IMG/VR virus record: IMGVR_UViG_3300011441_000007
Direction: 5' to 3' (one strand)
DNA from: a virus
Length of the DNA stretch: 64,000 nucleotides
This document shows positions 9,761 to 19,453 of this stretch, piece by piece. The translations under genes and the position numbers were made by a program. The notes below the pieces were generated by a model that saw only the letters and a program-made list of their open reading frames with translations, had not been told where the DNA came from and searched no databases. How positions within the stretch are numbered: the stretch's first letter is position 1; every line of letters begins with the position of its first letter.

Positions 9761-11773
9761 TCAGAAGTTGAAAATGAGTTGGAAAACTTCAGTTTGATTC
9801 TCTTGGCGTTCAATAGCATCCATGTTCTCAAGATAAATGATGACTCCTGTGTTATAAACAAGTTCGGGTAGTAAGGCATTATTTATGAGAGCAATCGCCC
9901 CGGAATTGACGCCCATGACTTCTCTATTTATCTCAAAAATCCCAACTTGGTTAGAAGTATAGATTGTAATATTACCTCCATCAACGATAGCAGTATGCAG
10001 CAAACCATTGGCTGAAGGATCAGACTGAGTAACAATCTCATTCTCTTGGAAGTTATTGAAAGTCAACTCGCCTGTGAATTTATAAAGCTGGATGAAAGTT
10101 TCATAATTCTTGATTACATCATTATGAGAAACTGCATTGATAACAGCTGTTGCGCCAGACTGTAAACCTATAATAAAATCGTCTTTGACCATCTGTTGTG
10201 CTCCGCCAACGTTTGTACAATGAATCAGTGAAGATGTAATAATATGATCAACCCAAGCGCAAGCTAGAGTATTTGCTGTCATAATCTCAATAGTTGAGCA
10301 GGAAAAGAAACCATTCACTGTGAGATTGAAAGCTGTGGCATTTATGACATTATTCACAATGCCAAGTTGGTTTCTTGTAGCGCCATCAGTCAGATATACA
10401 TAATCGTTGGCTGAAAGTCGTTTTGTAAATTGGCCATTGGAAGCTGAAACCATATGTGATGTGGTGTTCATGGTGGCATTCAAACAAATTGAGAATGGAT
10501 TGATCTTCTCTACTTGCTCGCCCACCAGAAACAGACCGACTGTGTTTGCCAGTTCAAAAGCAACGTTAGAAAACTTTGGATTCTTGATAACCCCGACCTG
10601 TTGAAACTTGTTGGTGGTCAGGATCGTATTGAATTCAGAATTGGAAAGCTTCAGGGATATTTCAGCCGCAGACGACATGAGTTCAGCCGCAGCATCATAG
10701 CCATGACCTTTTGGGGGAGAAATAATGGGCCGCAGTTCAGCCGTTCTAGTTACGCCCACAACAGCATTTGCTATCACATTTGCTATCATATAGTTGTAAT
10801 CGGCCCCGCGCTCAAACATTTCAACACGGAAAATACTATTTCCTGAGAGGGAATTCACCAGCGCTCTAGCTTCTGCTTCAACTGTTTCTGAGCCCGAGCC
10901 TGTAATTGCAACGCGCGGATAGATTTCATAAGCCGTGCCATTGAAAGGCTGGATTGGAAACACATCTTCCAGAACGATAAAGTTGCCCGAAGCATTGCAG
11001 AAATAGTTATTGACAGTCATATGCTGACCTGAACCTGGACCAGAAGCCAGATATAAAGAGCAGCCTGTATAAAATCCATTAACCTGGGAAGCAACACTAT
11101 TCACAAGGCGATAAGTCAAGTCATCATCAATACGACAATCCAAGGTGGCGAAAGTTCCAGTAAGATAATTATTGTATCTCAGACCGGGGTTATCAATTTT
11201 GATAACGTCAATGGCACCTACGATAGCTCCATTTGTAACTTCAGTATTTGCAATCACTGGAAAGTATGTACCAGTCTTCCATTTTAATACCCGCGCATTG
11301 GATATAGAATACATATACTTCCAAACATAACCATCACTCGTTCTATAGAAATCAGTATTGGCCCCAGAAATGTCAGCGAAATTTGGTTCAATTGTAGAGT
11401 TGGCATCCATGTTATTGTCTAAGCATTTGAAAACATGATAGAAAGAGGATGCATTGACTACGGCATAGAAGTCTTTTTCTTTGAGTTCCACAAGATCGTC
11501 ATACATATCATAGACTTTATTGGATTCATAAGGAATATGACGAATCATCAAAGCTACGTCTTCTTGTCTTATGCGCTTGCCTTCAATCATGTTGCGCCGC
11601 GCATGGTGCTCAACAAGCTGAATATCTTCTAGAGGCTGTAGTTCTGTATTGGAATGGTTTGTATGATCGGAAATAAAGACATAGTAGGAATCATCAGCAA
11701 AGGACGCAAGAAAGTTTTCAGAGGTTTGGTGTTTCCAATTGTTAGGAATAAGCTGAGTGTTCGTGCTTGACAT
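9761..11773 (-). CDS. virion structural protein (670 aa)
   Basis: Long ORF contiguous with the fiber genes. No specific motif recognised. Confidence 0.5.
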   Translation of the reverse strand: MSSTNTQLIPNNWKHQTSENFLASFADDSYYVFISDHTNHSNTELQPLEDIQLVEHHARRNMIEGKRIRQEDVALMIRHIPYESNKVYDMYDDLVELKEKDFYAVVNASSFYHVFKCLDNNMDANSTIEPNFADISGANTDFYRTSDGYVWKYMYSISNARVLKWKTGTYFPVIANTEVTNGAIVGAIDVIKIDNPGLRYNNYLTGTFATLDCRIDDDLTYRLVNSVASQVNGFYTGCSLYLASGPGSGQHMTVNNYFCNASGNFIVLEDVFPIQPFNGTAYEIYPRVAITGSGSETVEAEARALVNSLSGNSIFRVEMFERGADYNYMIANVIANAVVGVTRTAELRPIISPPKGHGYDAAAELMSSAAEISLKLSNSEFNTILTTNKFQQVGVIKNPKFSNVAFELANTVGLFLVGEQVEKINPFSICLNATMNTTSHMVSASNGQFTKRLSANDYVYLTDGATRNQLGIVNNVINATAFNLTVNGFFSCSTIEIMTANTLACAWVDHIITSSLIHCTNVGGAQQMVKDDFIIGLQSGATAVINAVSHNDVIKNYETFIQLYKFTGELTFNNFQENEIVTQSDPSANGLLHTAIVDGGNITIYTSNQVGIFEINREVMGVNSGAIALINNALLPELVYNTGVIIYLENMDAIERQENQTEVFQLIFNF

Positions 11774-11799
11774 TAGTTTCCTTCAGAAGAAATAAGAAT

Positions 11800-12216
11800 T
11801 TATATCTTATTTATCAGGGGATTTTCAAGGATAGTTCTTAAAGGTTTAGTTTTATTTTCTATACTTTCCCCGCGTGCTTTCAGAGCTTTGTAATTATGAT
11901 AGATGACTTTGCCCTTGTTCTTCCAGTGATCCACAGCGTCAACCCCCACAGCTGTCCCATAGAAGGCCGCTGGTAGGGCGCCAGCCGCCAAAGCTCCCAC
12001 AGCCGCCCCCTTCAAACCCGTGCCTGTGGCGGCCCCTGTGCCAGCTCCAGCGGTAGCCATAGAAAGAGTCCACCCTATCCCTTCAGCAGCACGGTGCCGC
12101 CAACGATCAGAAGAGCGTTGAACATCCCTGTTGTTATTGGCCATCGCGTTGGCTTTTTTGATTCGCTCCCAAGTTGAAAGCGGAGTTGGTTTTGGCGTTC
12201 TTGGTCGTCTTGCCAT
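11800..12216 (-). CDS. glycine-zipper membrane-like protein
   Basis: 138 aa with the segment MATAGAGTGAATGTGLKGAAVGALAAGALPAAFYGTAVG (GxxxG zipper) and basic termini. Confidence 0.5.
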   Translation of the reverse strand: MARRPRTPKPTPLSTWERIKKANAMANNNRDVQRSSDRWRHRAAEGIGWTLSMATAGAGTGAATGTGLKGAAVGALAAGALPAAFYGTAVGVDAVDHWKNKGKVIYHNYKALKARGESIENKTKPLRTILENPLINKI

Positions 12217-12228
12217 TTGTTTTACCTC

Positions 12229-13230
12229 TTAAAAATACCTATGATAAATGTCCCCAAGTCTATGAAGATCGCCATGAGAATTAGAAATATCTTTTTCTAC
12301 ATATTCTCTAGCGTGTAACCAACTTGGATGAGAAGACTTATGTTGAGGACCAAAATGTTTATCCATTATTTGCATAAGACTTTCATGTAAACCTGGACTG
12401 AAGTCTTTGGACAACACAACTCTTAAATTATGATGAATAGCGGCAGCTAAGTCTAGAAAATGTTCTTTAGAACCAGGTTTTCCTTTTTCTAATGATATTG
12501 GTTTCTTGGTTTTGGCAGCATCCATCGCGGCCATGTGATTATGAAACAAACCACCAATACCATGATAATGAGAACGATTGGATATAAGGGAATCAGCTGT
12601 TTGTTTATCAGAAGTATTCATGTTTCTATAGTGTTTAGCAGCTTCATCGTAATCTTGATACATAAAGGCATGGCCAAGCTTATGAAAATGACTTTCAGGA
12701 TTCACATTTAGTCTTTTCAAATCGCGCCCAATTTCTCTATGCACATCCCCAATGGATTCTGTAAAAGAAGATTGTTTCCAATCTTCTGTAATATCTCTGA
12801 GCTTCTTTCTTTTCCTCAGAGAGTGTTTAATTTGACTTACAGTTAAGTTCAAATCGCTGGACATTTTTGGATAGAGGCTTCTGGATCGTGTTTGCATTGA
12901 TTTATACATTGAAATTTCTCTATCCCCGCCGCCTTTTTTGTAGTTCTTGCGGGCGGCTTCAACTTCAGCATCGCGTTTTGTATTCAATGGGCGTCTTTTT
13001 CCAGACTTTAAACCAAGCTTATCTTTATGTTTCGTCAAGAATACTCTAACGGAGCCATGAGCAAGCCCTTCTTTCTTCGCTATATGTTTTCCAGGCAGAC
13101 CATCGCGAATATAGCCTTTCCATCTTTCAATTTTGTCAGCGTCGTTCCAACTTGATCCTTGGGGATTAGCTCTTAAAGCTTCCAGAGAGTTTGGGTGTTT
13201 ACCAGGGCGGTGTTCGCTTTTCTTACGTGG
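12229..13230 (-). CDS. His-rich repeat family protein with N-terminal HTH
   Basis: The ORF is open to 13284. A start at MPRKK (13230) avoids a 61-nt overlap with the upstream gene. It has an HTH-like GLPGKHIAKKEGLAHGSVRVFL and His-rich modules (SHYHGIGGLFHNH, KEHFLDLAAAIHH). Confidence 0.55.
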   Translation of the reverse strand, partial: PRKKSEHRPGKHPNSLEALRANPQGSSWNDADKIERWKGYIRDGLPGKHIAKKEGLAHGSVRVFLTKHKDKLGLKSGKRRPLNTKRDAEVEAARKNYKKGGGDREISMYKSMQTRSRSLYPKMSSDLNLTVSQIKHSLRKRKKLRDITEDWKQSSFTESIGDVHREIGRDLKRLNVNPESHFHKLGHAFMYQDYDEAAKHYRNMNTSDKQTADSLISNRSHYHGIGGLFHNHMAAMDAAKTKKPISLEKGKPGSKEHFLDLAAAIHHNLRVVLSKDFSPGLHESLMQIMDKHFGPQHKSSHPSWLHAREYVEKDISNSHGDLHRLGDIYHRYF

Positions 13231-13768
13231 CATGGAAATTACTGTCCCATATTCTAGGAAAATGTTGGGGATCATCAGTTGCATCCGTCATAACACCTTC
13301 CATGTGAGGCCAAACATGATCATCGTGCTTGAATTTGGATCGGAAGTGAGCTTTTAGTTCATGATGTAGATTAGCAAGCTTCTGAAGATGTGTGGTTTGA
13401 TTCATGTCATCTTTATCTATCCCCAATTGTCGGTATTTGTGAGCTAGTTCAAAGAAATGCTCCTTGGAACCTAATTCTGCCTTGCCCCATGATTTGTTTA
13501 TTCTGTTCTGCCATGTTTTGTGCTGGTCATGATAAAGCTTATGCACATCATGATAATGGGAATGTGCCAATAGATGTGTATTAAATTCATCTTTGGTTCT
13601 AGCATCAGACATATTATAGTGTTTGTTGGCTTCATCCCAATTCTGATAGCGTAAGGCATGAGCGAATGGTTTGGCTTTAGAGGATGTGGCGTTATTTTCA
13701 ATATTCCGGGCGACTTCTCTCCAAACATCGCCAATAGATTCAACAATTTGTCTGAGATTCTTAACCAT
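13223..13768 (-). CDS. His-rich repeat family protein with CTS-like N-terminus (MVKNLRQIVE)
   Basis: 181 aa. It carries the modules AHSHYHDVHKLYHDQHK and KEHFFELAHKYRQ shared with its neighbours. The first 10 aa resemble the T4 internal-protein capsid-targeting sequence and end in I-V-E. Confidence 0.55.
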   Translation of the reverse strand: MVKNLRQIVESIGDVWREVARNIENNATSSKAKPFAHALRYQNWDEANKHYNMSDARTKDEFNTHLLAHSHYHDVHKLYHDQHKTWQNRINKSWGKAELGSKEHFFELAHKYRQLGIDKDDMNQTTHLQKLANLHHELKAHFRSKFKHDDHVWPHMEGVMTDATDDPQHFPRIWDSNFHAT

Positions 13769-15971
13769 TTTTGTGCCGATAATAGATATCTTCTAGTTTG
13801 TCATGATCGCCGCCTGAGTCCATTATCTCTTTATGAACGTCTGCTTGTTTCTTATGATTCTGTTTTGGATAATGAGAAGGGAAATGATATTCCAAATCAC
13901 TAGCATAATTGCCCCATCTTGGAGAATTTATATCATGATAGGAATGAAAGTAACCTGTAGCAAGCTCAATGAAATGCTTACGCTTAGCTGCATGCTCATT
14001 ATTCTCGGGCTCTGCTACTTTGGGTTTGGACCGATTTTCCATATCTGCCATGTGTTGATGAAATTGCCCATGGATATCATGATAATGGGAGTGCAACTTT
14101 AGAAGACCATCAATTAGAGGCCGCGCTCCGGAATTTGATTTGAAGTGATGAGCAGCGGCATCCAGGTTTCCATATTGATAAGCATCATGAAATCCTTTAA
14201 GAGCTTGATGTGTTTGTGGTTCTGTAATTCCGGGGAGAATAGTTTTGATTTTACGCACGACTTCATGACGCGGATCGTTGATGCCTTCAGAAATGCGCTG
14301 TTGTTTCTTCTTAGCTTTATTGGTTTTATTAACAACAACACTGATAAGTTTTTCTGTATGACCTAACTCTTCAGCTGTTTTTGCTCTGAAGTTTCTATGA
14401 ATGTTTCTATATCTATCAAGAGTTCCTATAATCTCAGCATTTCTAGCTGTGTTTCTTGGGCGCTTTTGTCCTTTGGGTTTGTCCCCTCGGCCTAGAGCAT
14501 CTTTATTCTGTGTAATAATGTTGGCAACTGTTTGATAATGATAACCAGTAGCTCGCCCAATCTCTTTAGCAGATTTTCCATCGGCTATATGTTTCTTCCA
14601 GGCTTCAATTTCATGAGGTTTGAGAGTACGTGCTGCTTCATCAATTTCATTGGATTGGGTCATTTCAACAAATGCTGAAAAGCCTCGTTTGGATTGTAGT
14701 TGAAGACTTTCCTTAATATCGTCATAATCAATAACATGACCGCGAACATGCGTCATATTGCGCCAAGCTCTGACTTGGGTGCGATGATTCCCATCCACTA
14801 GGAAATGCTTACCGCTGGCCAATTTAATGAAAACAGGGAACCTTGGCTTGTTCTCGCCCCAAGTGCGCATGATCTTGGCTTTGACAATATGGGAAAAAAC
14901 ATTGGTTTGACCTGAAATAATGGAATCAAGCGGAACATTTGAAATTGGGTAATCTTTTTGGAACAGGCGGCGTCTTGAAGTTTCATGGGCCGCATCTACA
15001 GCATGTTGATGACCTTTGGGATGGAATAGCTTTGCATTGGGAAACTTGATAGCTGTTTTAACAAAGCCCGATGGATTGTTTGGAACAGCATTGGCAACAG
15101 TATCAACCCGCGCCGCTGCTTTCTCTTTGGATAGAATCTTCTTAGCTTCCCCCAATTGAACATTATGAATATAGTCGCTGTATTTGGCTTTTTTCTCTGT
15201 AGATTTGCCCCCGAATTTTTGAATCAAACCTTTCGCTGCTCTTCCTGCGAGTTTATGTCTGTCTTTAGATAATGAATCAAACTCCAGTTGTTTGGGTTTA
15301 ACTCTGGACACAAAACGATGAAGAGTGCTGTTTATATGATGAAGGATTGCTAGTTTATGTTCTCTTGAAACTATGGAATGCTTACCATGTCTTCCATTGA
15401 CTTGATAATCTACATGATATTTCTTAGGTTGATCTGAATATTCTCTAAAAGCAATATCAATCTTATGAGGACCGATTTGAGTGCTATGTTTTACAGCATT
15501 TATATCAGATTCAGGTCTTTTATGTATTTCGCGTTTCCAAGCTTCTTTTATTCCAAATAATTGTTTCCCAACTTTATCGCCGCGCTCCATGCGTTTGTCA
15601 TCAGCAGCCATTTTATCAAGTCTGAGTTTATCACGATGCCAATGTCTGTCATTTGGATGAGGTTTGTAATCTTTATCACCTCCCCCACGCATGTCTCGCA
15701 TTATATGACGCCGAAATACTCTTGATTCTTTGTTAAACTGACCCCATTTGGTTGCAATCGGAGCTTGTGTTAATTTCTCTTTGAAACCAAGTTTACCTTG
15801 TTTGACTTTGCGAGCATGACGCCATTGGTCTAGTTTTGATCCGCCCATAGCACCAGCCATCGTTAAAACCCCGCTGGTATTAATGCCATGTCTGGTTTTC
15901 AAGTAAGCATCGGCCGCAATACCAGCTGTTCCTAAAAGTCCCATTCCAGCATTGCGACGAAATCTACCCAT
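13761..15971 (-). CDS. multidomain protein: Gly-zipper N-term, ParB-like nuclease motif, HTH, C-terminal His-rich repeats
   Basis: 736 aa. The N-terminus is GMGLLGTAGIAADAY...MAGAMGG. The middle has KHFLVDGNHRTQVRAW (ParB/Srx-type DGxHR motif) and an HTH (GKSAKEIGRATGYHYQTVANII). The C-terminus has HSHYHDIHGQFHQHM and KRKHFIELATGYFHSYHD. Confidence 0.6.
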   Translation of the reverse strand: MGRFRRNAGMGLLGTAGIAADAYLKTRHGINTSGVLTMAGAMGGSKLDQWRHARKVKQGKLGFKEKLTQAPIATKWGQFNKESRVFRRHIMRDMRGGGDKDYKPHPNDRHWHRDKLRLDKMAADDKRMERGDKVGKQLFGIKEAWKREIHKRPESDINAVKHSTQIGPHKIDIAFREYSDQPKKYHVDYQVNGRHGKHSIVSREHKLAILHHINSTLHRFVSRVKPKQLEFDSLSKDRHKLAGRAAKGLIQKFGGKSTEKKAKYSDYIHNVQLGEAKKILSKEKAAARVDTVANAVPNNPSGFVKTAIKFPNAKLFHPKGHQHAVDAAHETSRRRLFQKDYPISNVPLDSIISGQTNVFSHIVKAKIMRTWGENKPRFPVFIKLASGKHFLVDGNHRTQVRAWRNMTHVRGHVIDYDDIKESLQLQSKRGFSAFVEMTQSNEIDEAARTLKPHEIEAWKKHIADGKSAKEIGRATGYHYQTVANIITQNKDALGRGDKPKGQKRPRNTARNAEIIGTLDRYRNIHRNFRAKTAEELGHTEKLISVVVNKTNKAKKKQQRISEGINDPRHEVVRKIKTILPGITEPQTHQALKGFHDAYQYGNLDAAAHHFKSNSGARPLIDGLLKLHSHYHDIHGQFHQHMADMENRSKPKVAEPENNEHAAKRKHFIELATGYFHSYHDINSPRWGNYASDLEYHFPSHYPKQNHKKQADVHKEIMDSGGDHDKLEDIYYRHKNG

Positions 15972-16339
15972 TATCGTGGTTCTTTTACCAGCTTGTAGTT
16001 ATCATGGCCGAGTTTACGCTTTGCAACATTATGAGCTTGGGTTGTATCATTATCAAGGAAGCGATCAGCTAAACGCTTGTCGCTGGTCCATTTGTCTTTA
16101 TCGGGCTGAGCAGTATAGGCAAGGTGATGTAGATATTTGCTGCCTGATTTCACAAACAGATGATGTGTTGTGCTAGTTGAGGAAGTTTCAGGTTCAGTAT
16201 TATTACCAATAGAGTCAATAAACTGTTGTTCCTTAGCTGACAAAGCGGTATTAATTTTTTTTGGTTGTTTAGGTTTTGGGGCCATTGTCTCTGGTTCTCT
16301 TCCTAGAATAGATCGGATAAACTGGCGAAAGGACTTCAA
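15971..16339 (-). CDS. small basic protein with CTS-like N-terminus (MKSFRQFIRS...)
   Basis: 122 aa. The N-terminus MKSFRQFI parallels MKTFKQFIDE of 19066..19452. Confidence 0.45.
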   Translation of the reverse strand: MKSFRQFIRSILGREPETMAPKPKQPKKINTALSAKEQQFIDSIGNNTEPETSSTSTTHHLFVKSGSKYLHHLAYTAQPDKDKWTSDKRLADRFLDNDTTQAHNVAKRKLGHDNYKLVKEPR

Positions 16340-16343
16340 TTAA

Positions 16344-17006
16344 TTACACCATTATTCCAACGCGCCGGGGAGTACCAGACGCATCATTCACGATAATATA
16401 GCCAGCGAGTGTTGTTGTGGTGTTGGCAACAAACGTGCCAAACTGCAAAGTTCCTGTGGTTTGAATGAGAGAAGAATTAACTGAAGAGTTGACTGTGCTG
16501 TTTCCAACTTTCAATTGTATGGCAGAAATACTCAAGTTTCCATTGAGAGTAACTATACTGGAGTTCATAAAAGCATTGACTGTGCTGTTACCAACGCCAA
16601 TAGAAATAGAATTGATAGAAAGATTAGCAAAGGAAAGCGTAGAGCTATTCGCAACGGCATTGACTGTTGAGTTTCCAATAGAAAATCCAGTCAGGGATAC
16701 TTGAACATTGAGGCCAAGAGCTAAAGTAGAGCTATTGATAGAAGAATTGACTGTGCTGTTACCAATTCTCAGATGCGTGGAGTTTCCAAAGAGATTAGAA
16801 GATGTGTTACCTAACCAAAGCGAAGTAGCAAAGAACAAACCATCCATTCTTCCGCGAATGATGCTGTTCTCAACATTACCCATGCAGAAGTTGAAGAAAT
16901 TGGAATTGGCATCTGCGCCCCCATCTTCAACTTTAATACGAATGGAGTTGAAAACCGAGGAGTTCGCCCAAACATCTGTGATATCATAGAGAAATGTGTT
17001 AGCCAA
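16344..17006 (-). CDS. tail-fiber-like repeat protein (GNSTVN repeats)
   Basis: 220 aa with at least 5 copies of a G-N-S-T-V-N-[AS]-x-x-N-S-S unit. It is a paralog of 804..1817. Confidence 0.5.
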   Translation of the reverse strand: MANTFLYDITDVWANSSVFNSIRIKVEDGGADANSNFFNFCMGNVENSIIRGRMDGLFFATSLWLGNTSSNLFGNSTHLRIGNSTVNSSINSSTLALGLNVQVSLTGFSIGNSTVNAVANSSTLSFANLSINSISIGVGNSTVNAFMNSSIVTLNGNLSISAIQLKVGNSTVNSSVNSSLIQTTGTLQFGTFVANTTTTLAGYIIVNDASGTPRRVGIMV

Positions 17007-17062
17007 TTAATTTGTGTCCTTTTGTCATAAGTTAGCCGTAAGTCCCGATATTATGTAACATT

Positions 17063-19138
17063 TTAGTCTCTATATGTGATAATTGGGTTTCCAGCCCGAT
17101 CAAATATAATGTCACCTTCATCTCTATCAAACAGCCAATCATTCACACTTGTCTTGGTTGTTATAATCGTCTCATCAATAGTCAAGTTCGCTGCGATTTC
17201 AGTTTGATGCAAAAGCGCGCCAAACATCTGCGTTCCAGCAAAATGCATGACTTGCCGCATGATTTCTTTATATTTATCCAGAGCGATAGAGCTACGAATC
17301 TCATAAGAATACTCCTGATAATAGAAACCATCATAGAGTTTTTTCTGATCGGAGAGAAAACCACCCTTCTCTCTATAATAGCCCGAGCCTTTGCCCTGTT
17401 TGCCAAGAATAGCAACGCCTGTGGTTTCAACGCCTGGATTGGTATTGGAGAAGATCATAACATTCTCCTGCTCAATATAACCAAATCCTGAATCAATGAC
17501 CTGGAGGCCAGCAATAGCTCCGTTGCCAGTCTTCAGCTTGGTTTCTACATCAAAATTCAAACCGACAGCATGCGTGTTTTGATCCACGATCTGTAATTGA
17601 ACATTGGCTTCGGCGCCGGAGTTTTCCCCAACGATAGTAGTTGTTGAGTTGATTGTTGGAATGAAATGCTCATGGACTCGCAACCTTTCCAGGAATAATC
17701 CAGAAGAGTTATTGGTTTTTACGATTCCCCTGGCATTCGTAGCTGCTTGGGTAACAGTTTCTCCAATCTGAAATATACCATCGGGAGTGTCAATTTTTAA
17801 TATAATATCTTCATTGTTGACACCAGCCGTAAGTTGATCATAGATGCGAACATAAGGCGCAATGGAATATTCCCTTCCGGGGTTTATGTTTGTGATTTCA
17901 ACAAGCTTGCCAACAGTTTCAGAAGCATAAGATAAAACAGCAGCCACGAAAGTATTGGTAAGATTAGCAGTAGCATTAGCAGGGAAACCATAAGCTGTAG
18001 CTTCCAAAGGAACAAAAAAGTAATCGCGACAAAGATCAGAATTAACATTTGCTGACTCCGTGAAGATGATATTGTTGACGGATACATTGATAGATGCATC
18101 AATACCTGAAGATATAAAGCGTATTACTGCATTTGTATTTGAAACATTACCAGTAATATAATTGAACTCATTATTAACGAAGGCGCCGCTGATATCAATT
18201 ACAGCTACATCCATTTCAATTTCAGAAAGTATGCCTGTGGTATCTGATGATAAACCTATGATCGTTGCATTTTCCGCGAAGAAACCACGATGGTTGATAA
18301 TTTCCAGAGTCGCGTTGCCGCCCAGAATATTTGAGATATCTGCAATCGTTGCCCGGCCGATAACAGTATTGTTGGCATTGCGCGCTTCAATATTCTCATT
18401 GATTAAAAAGCTACTTGAGGAATTAGAAATATGCAAGGTGCGCTCAGAGCTTGTCGCCATAACATTCGCTGTGGCATATTGATTGACATAAGCATTGGAG
18501 GCGGCTTGGTTTGCAACAATCGCATTGGCTTCAGTGAATATCTGAGCTGAATCCAGATTACCAGAGTAAACGAAGACTTTCAGTTCGCCCGTTGTGGAAT
18601 TGGCCGGCGTGACCTGGAATATCTTACCAAAGCCTTTCTGATCGTTATTGGCATGGTAAGTATAAAGATTGGCGCCGACTTGTGCTGCTAGATTACCTGA
18701 GGCCGAACGATAATTGATAGCGACTTTAGGTTGTGTTATGGTTTCAAACAACTGCCAATAATGTTTCGGGGTAGAATTGGGCTGAAGATTAGCAACAGAC
18801 AAAACAGATTCAGAAATAAGAACGTTGGCGACATTGGAATAAGCATAGCCGAAGTTGATTGGATTGAAGATAATGAGGCCAGCGATATTGAGGACTTCGG
18901 TGATAATAGCCTTGCCGCCGATGCCCTGTAAGCCTGTCAGTTCAACGATATCGCCTTTGGCATAGCCCTCGCCTACACCATCGGAATCAACGACTACACC
19001 TGTCAAGGAACCTGTAATGTAGGGACAAATCTCAATATCAAGAGGAACAGAATTAGATGTCATTATTATAAGGCCGGTGGCATTCCTTTGTGTTTGAAGA
19101 TATAATGTAACACATGCAACGCTTCCATATGATGCCAA
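17063..19138 (-). CDS. virion structural protein (691 aa)
   Basis: Long ORF rich in N/T/S/G, in the structural gene orientation. Confidence 0.5.
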   Translation of the reverse strand: MASYGSVACVTLYLQTQRNATGLIIMTSNSVPLDIEICPYITGSLTGVVVDSDGVGEGYAKGDIVELTGLQGIGGKAIITEVLNIAGLIIFNPINFGYAYSNVANVLISESVLSVANLQPNSTPKHYWQLFETITQPKVAINYRSASGNLAAQVGANLYTYHANNDQKGFGKIFQVTPANSTTGELKVFVYSGNLDSAQIFTEANAIVANQAASNAYVNQYATANVMATSSERTLHISNSSSSFLINENIEARNANNTVIGRATIADISNILGGNATLEIINHRGFFAENATIIGLSSDTTGILSEIEMDVAVIDISGAFVNNEFNYITGNVSNTNAVIRFISSGIDASINVSVNNIIFTESANVNSDLCRDYFFVPLEATAYGFPANATANLTNTFVAAVLSYASETVGKLVEITNINPGREYSIAPYVRIYDQLTAGVNNEDIILKIDTPDGIFQIGETVTQAATNARGIVKTNNSSGLFLERLRVHEHFIPTINSTTTIVGENSGAEANVQLQIVDQNTHAVGLNFDVETKLKTGNGAIAGLQVIDSGFGYIEQENVMIFSNTNPGVETTGVAILGKQGKGSGYYREKGGFLSDQKKLYDGFYYQEYSYEIRSSIALDKYKEIMRQVMHFAGTQMFGALLHQTEIAANLTIDETIITTKTSVNDWLFDRDEGDIIFDRAGNPIITYRD

Positions 19139-19452
19139 GCCGCTGGATGATGATCACGAAACTTACTTATAGCTTCTCCTACATGGCGCATTGAATGTGT
19201 TATTCTTTCATTTTCATTTGGAATTCTCAGGGAATCTCTTGTTTTAACAAATGCATCTGGATTATTTTCATGAGTCCAGTTTATGAAGTGCTTTAGGATT
19301 GCAGCCTTATCCTTAGCCGATGTTGTTTCTTTCTCAGGCGCATTATCTTTATGAAATGCTGGTTTCTTTGGCTGTTCTTCTGGCGCAGGGGCTTTCTTCT
19401 TCCTCCACCACGAGAATATACCTTCATCTATAAATTGCTTGAATGTTTTCAT
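19066..19452 (-). CDS. internal-protein-like packaged protein (CTS MKTFKQFIDE)
   Basis: The N-terminus MKTFKQFIDE|G is nearly identical in pattern to the T4 IPIII CTS MKTYQEFIAE. It is His-rich (HHPAAWHHMEALHVLHY) and contains a KHF motif. Confidence 0.55.
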   Translation of the reverse strand: MKTFKQFIDEGIFSWWRKKKAPAPEEQPKKPAFHKDNAPEKETTSAKDKAAILKHFINWTHENNPDAFVKTRDSLRIPNENERITHSMRHVGEAISKFRDHHPAAWHHMEALHVLHYIFKHKGMPPAL

Positions 19453-19453
19453 T

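Noticed and set aside
16344-17006. Short direct repeats at DNA level (GNSTVN units) considered as a CRISPR-like array
   Set aside because: The repeats are in-frame codon repeats inside a protein-coding gene, variable in length and without uniform spacers. Not CRISPR.
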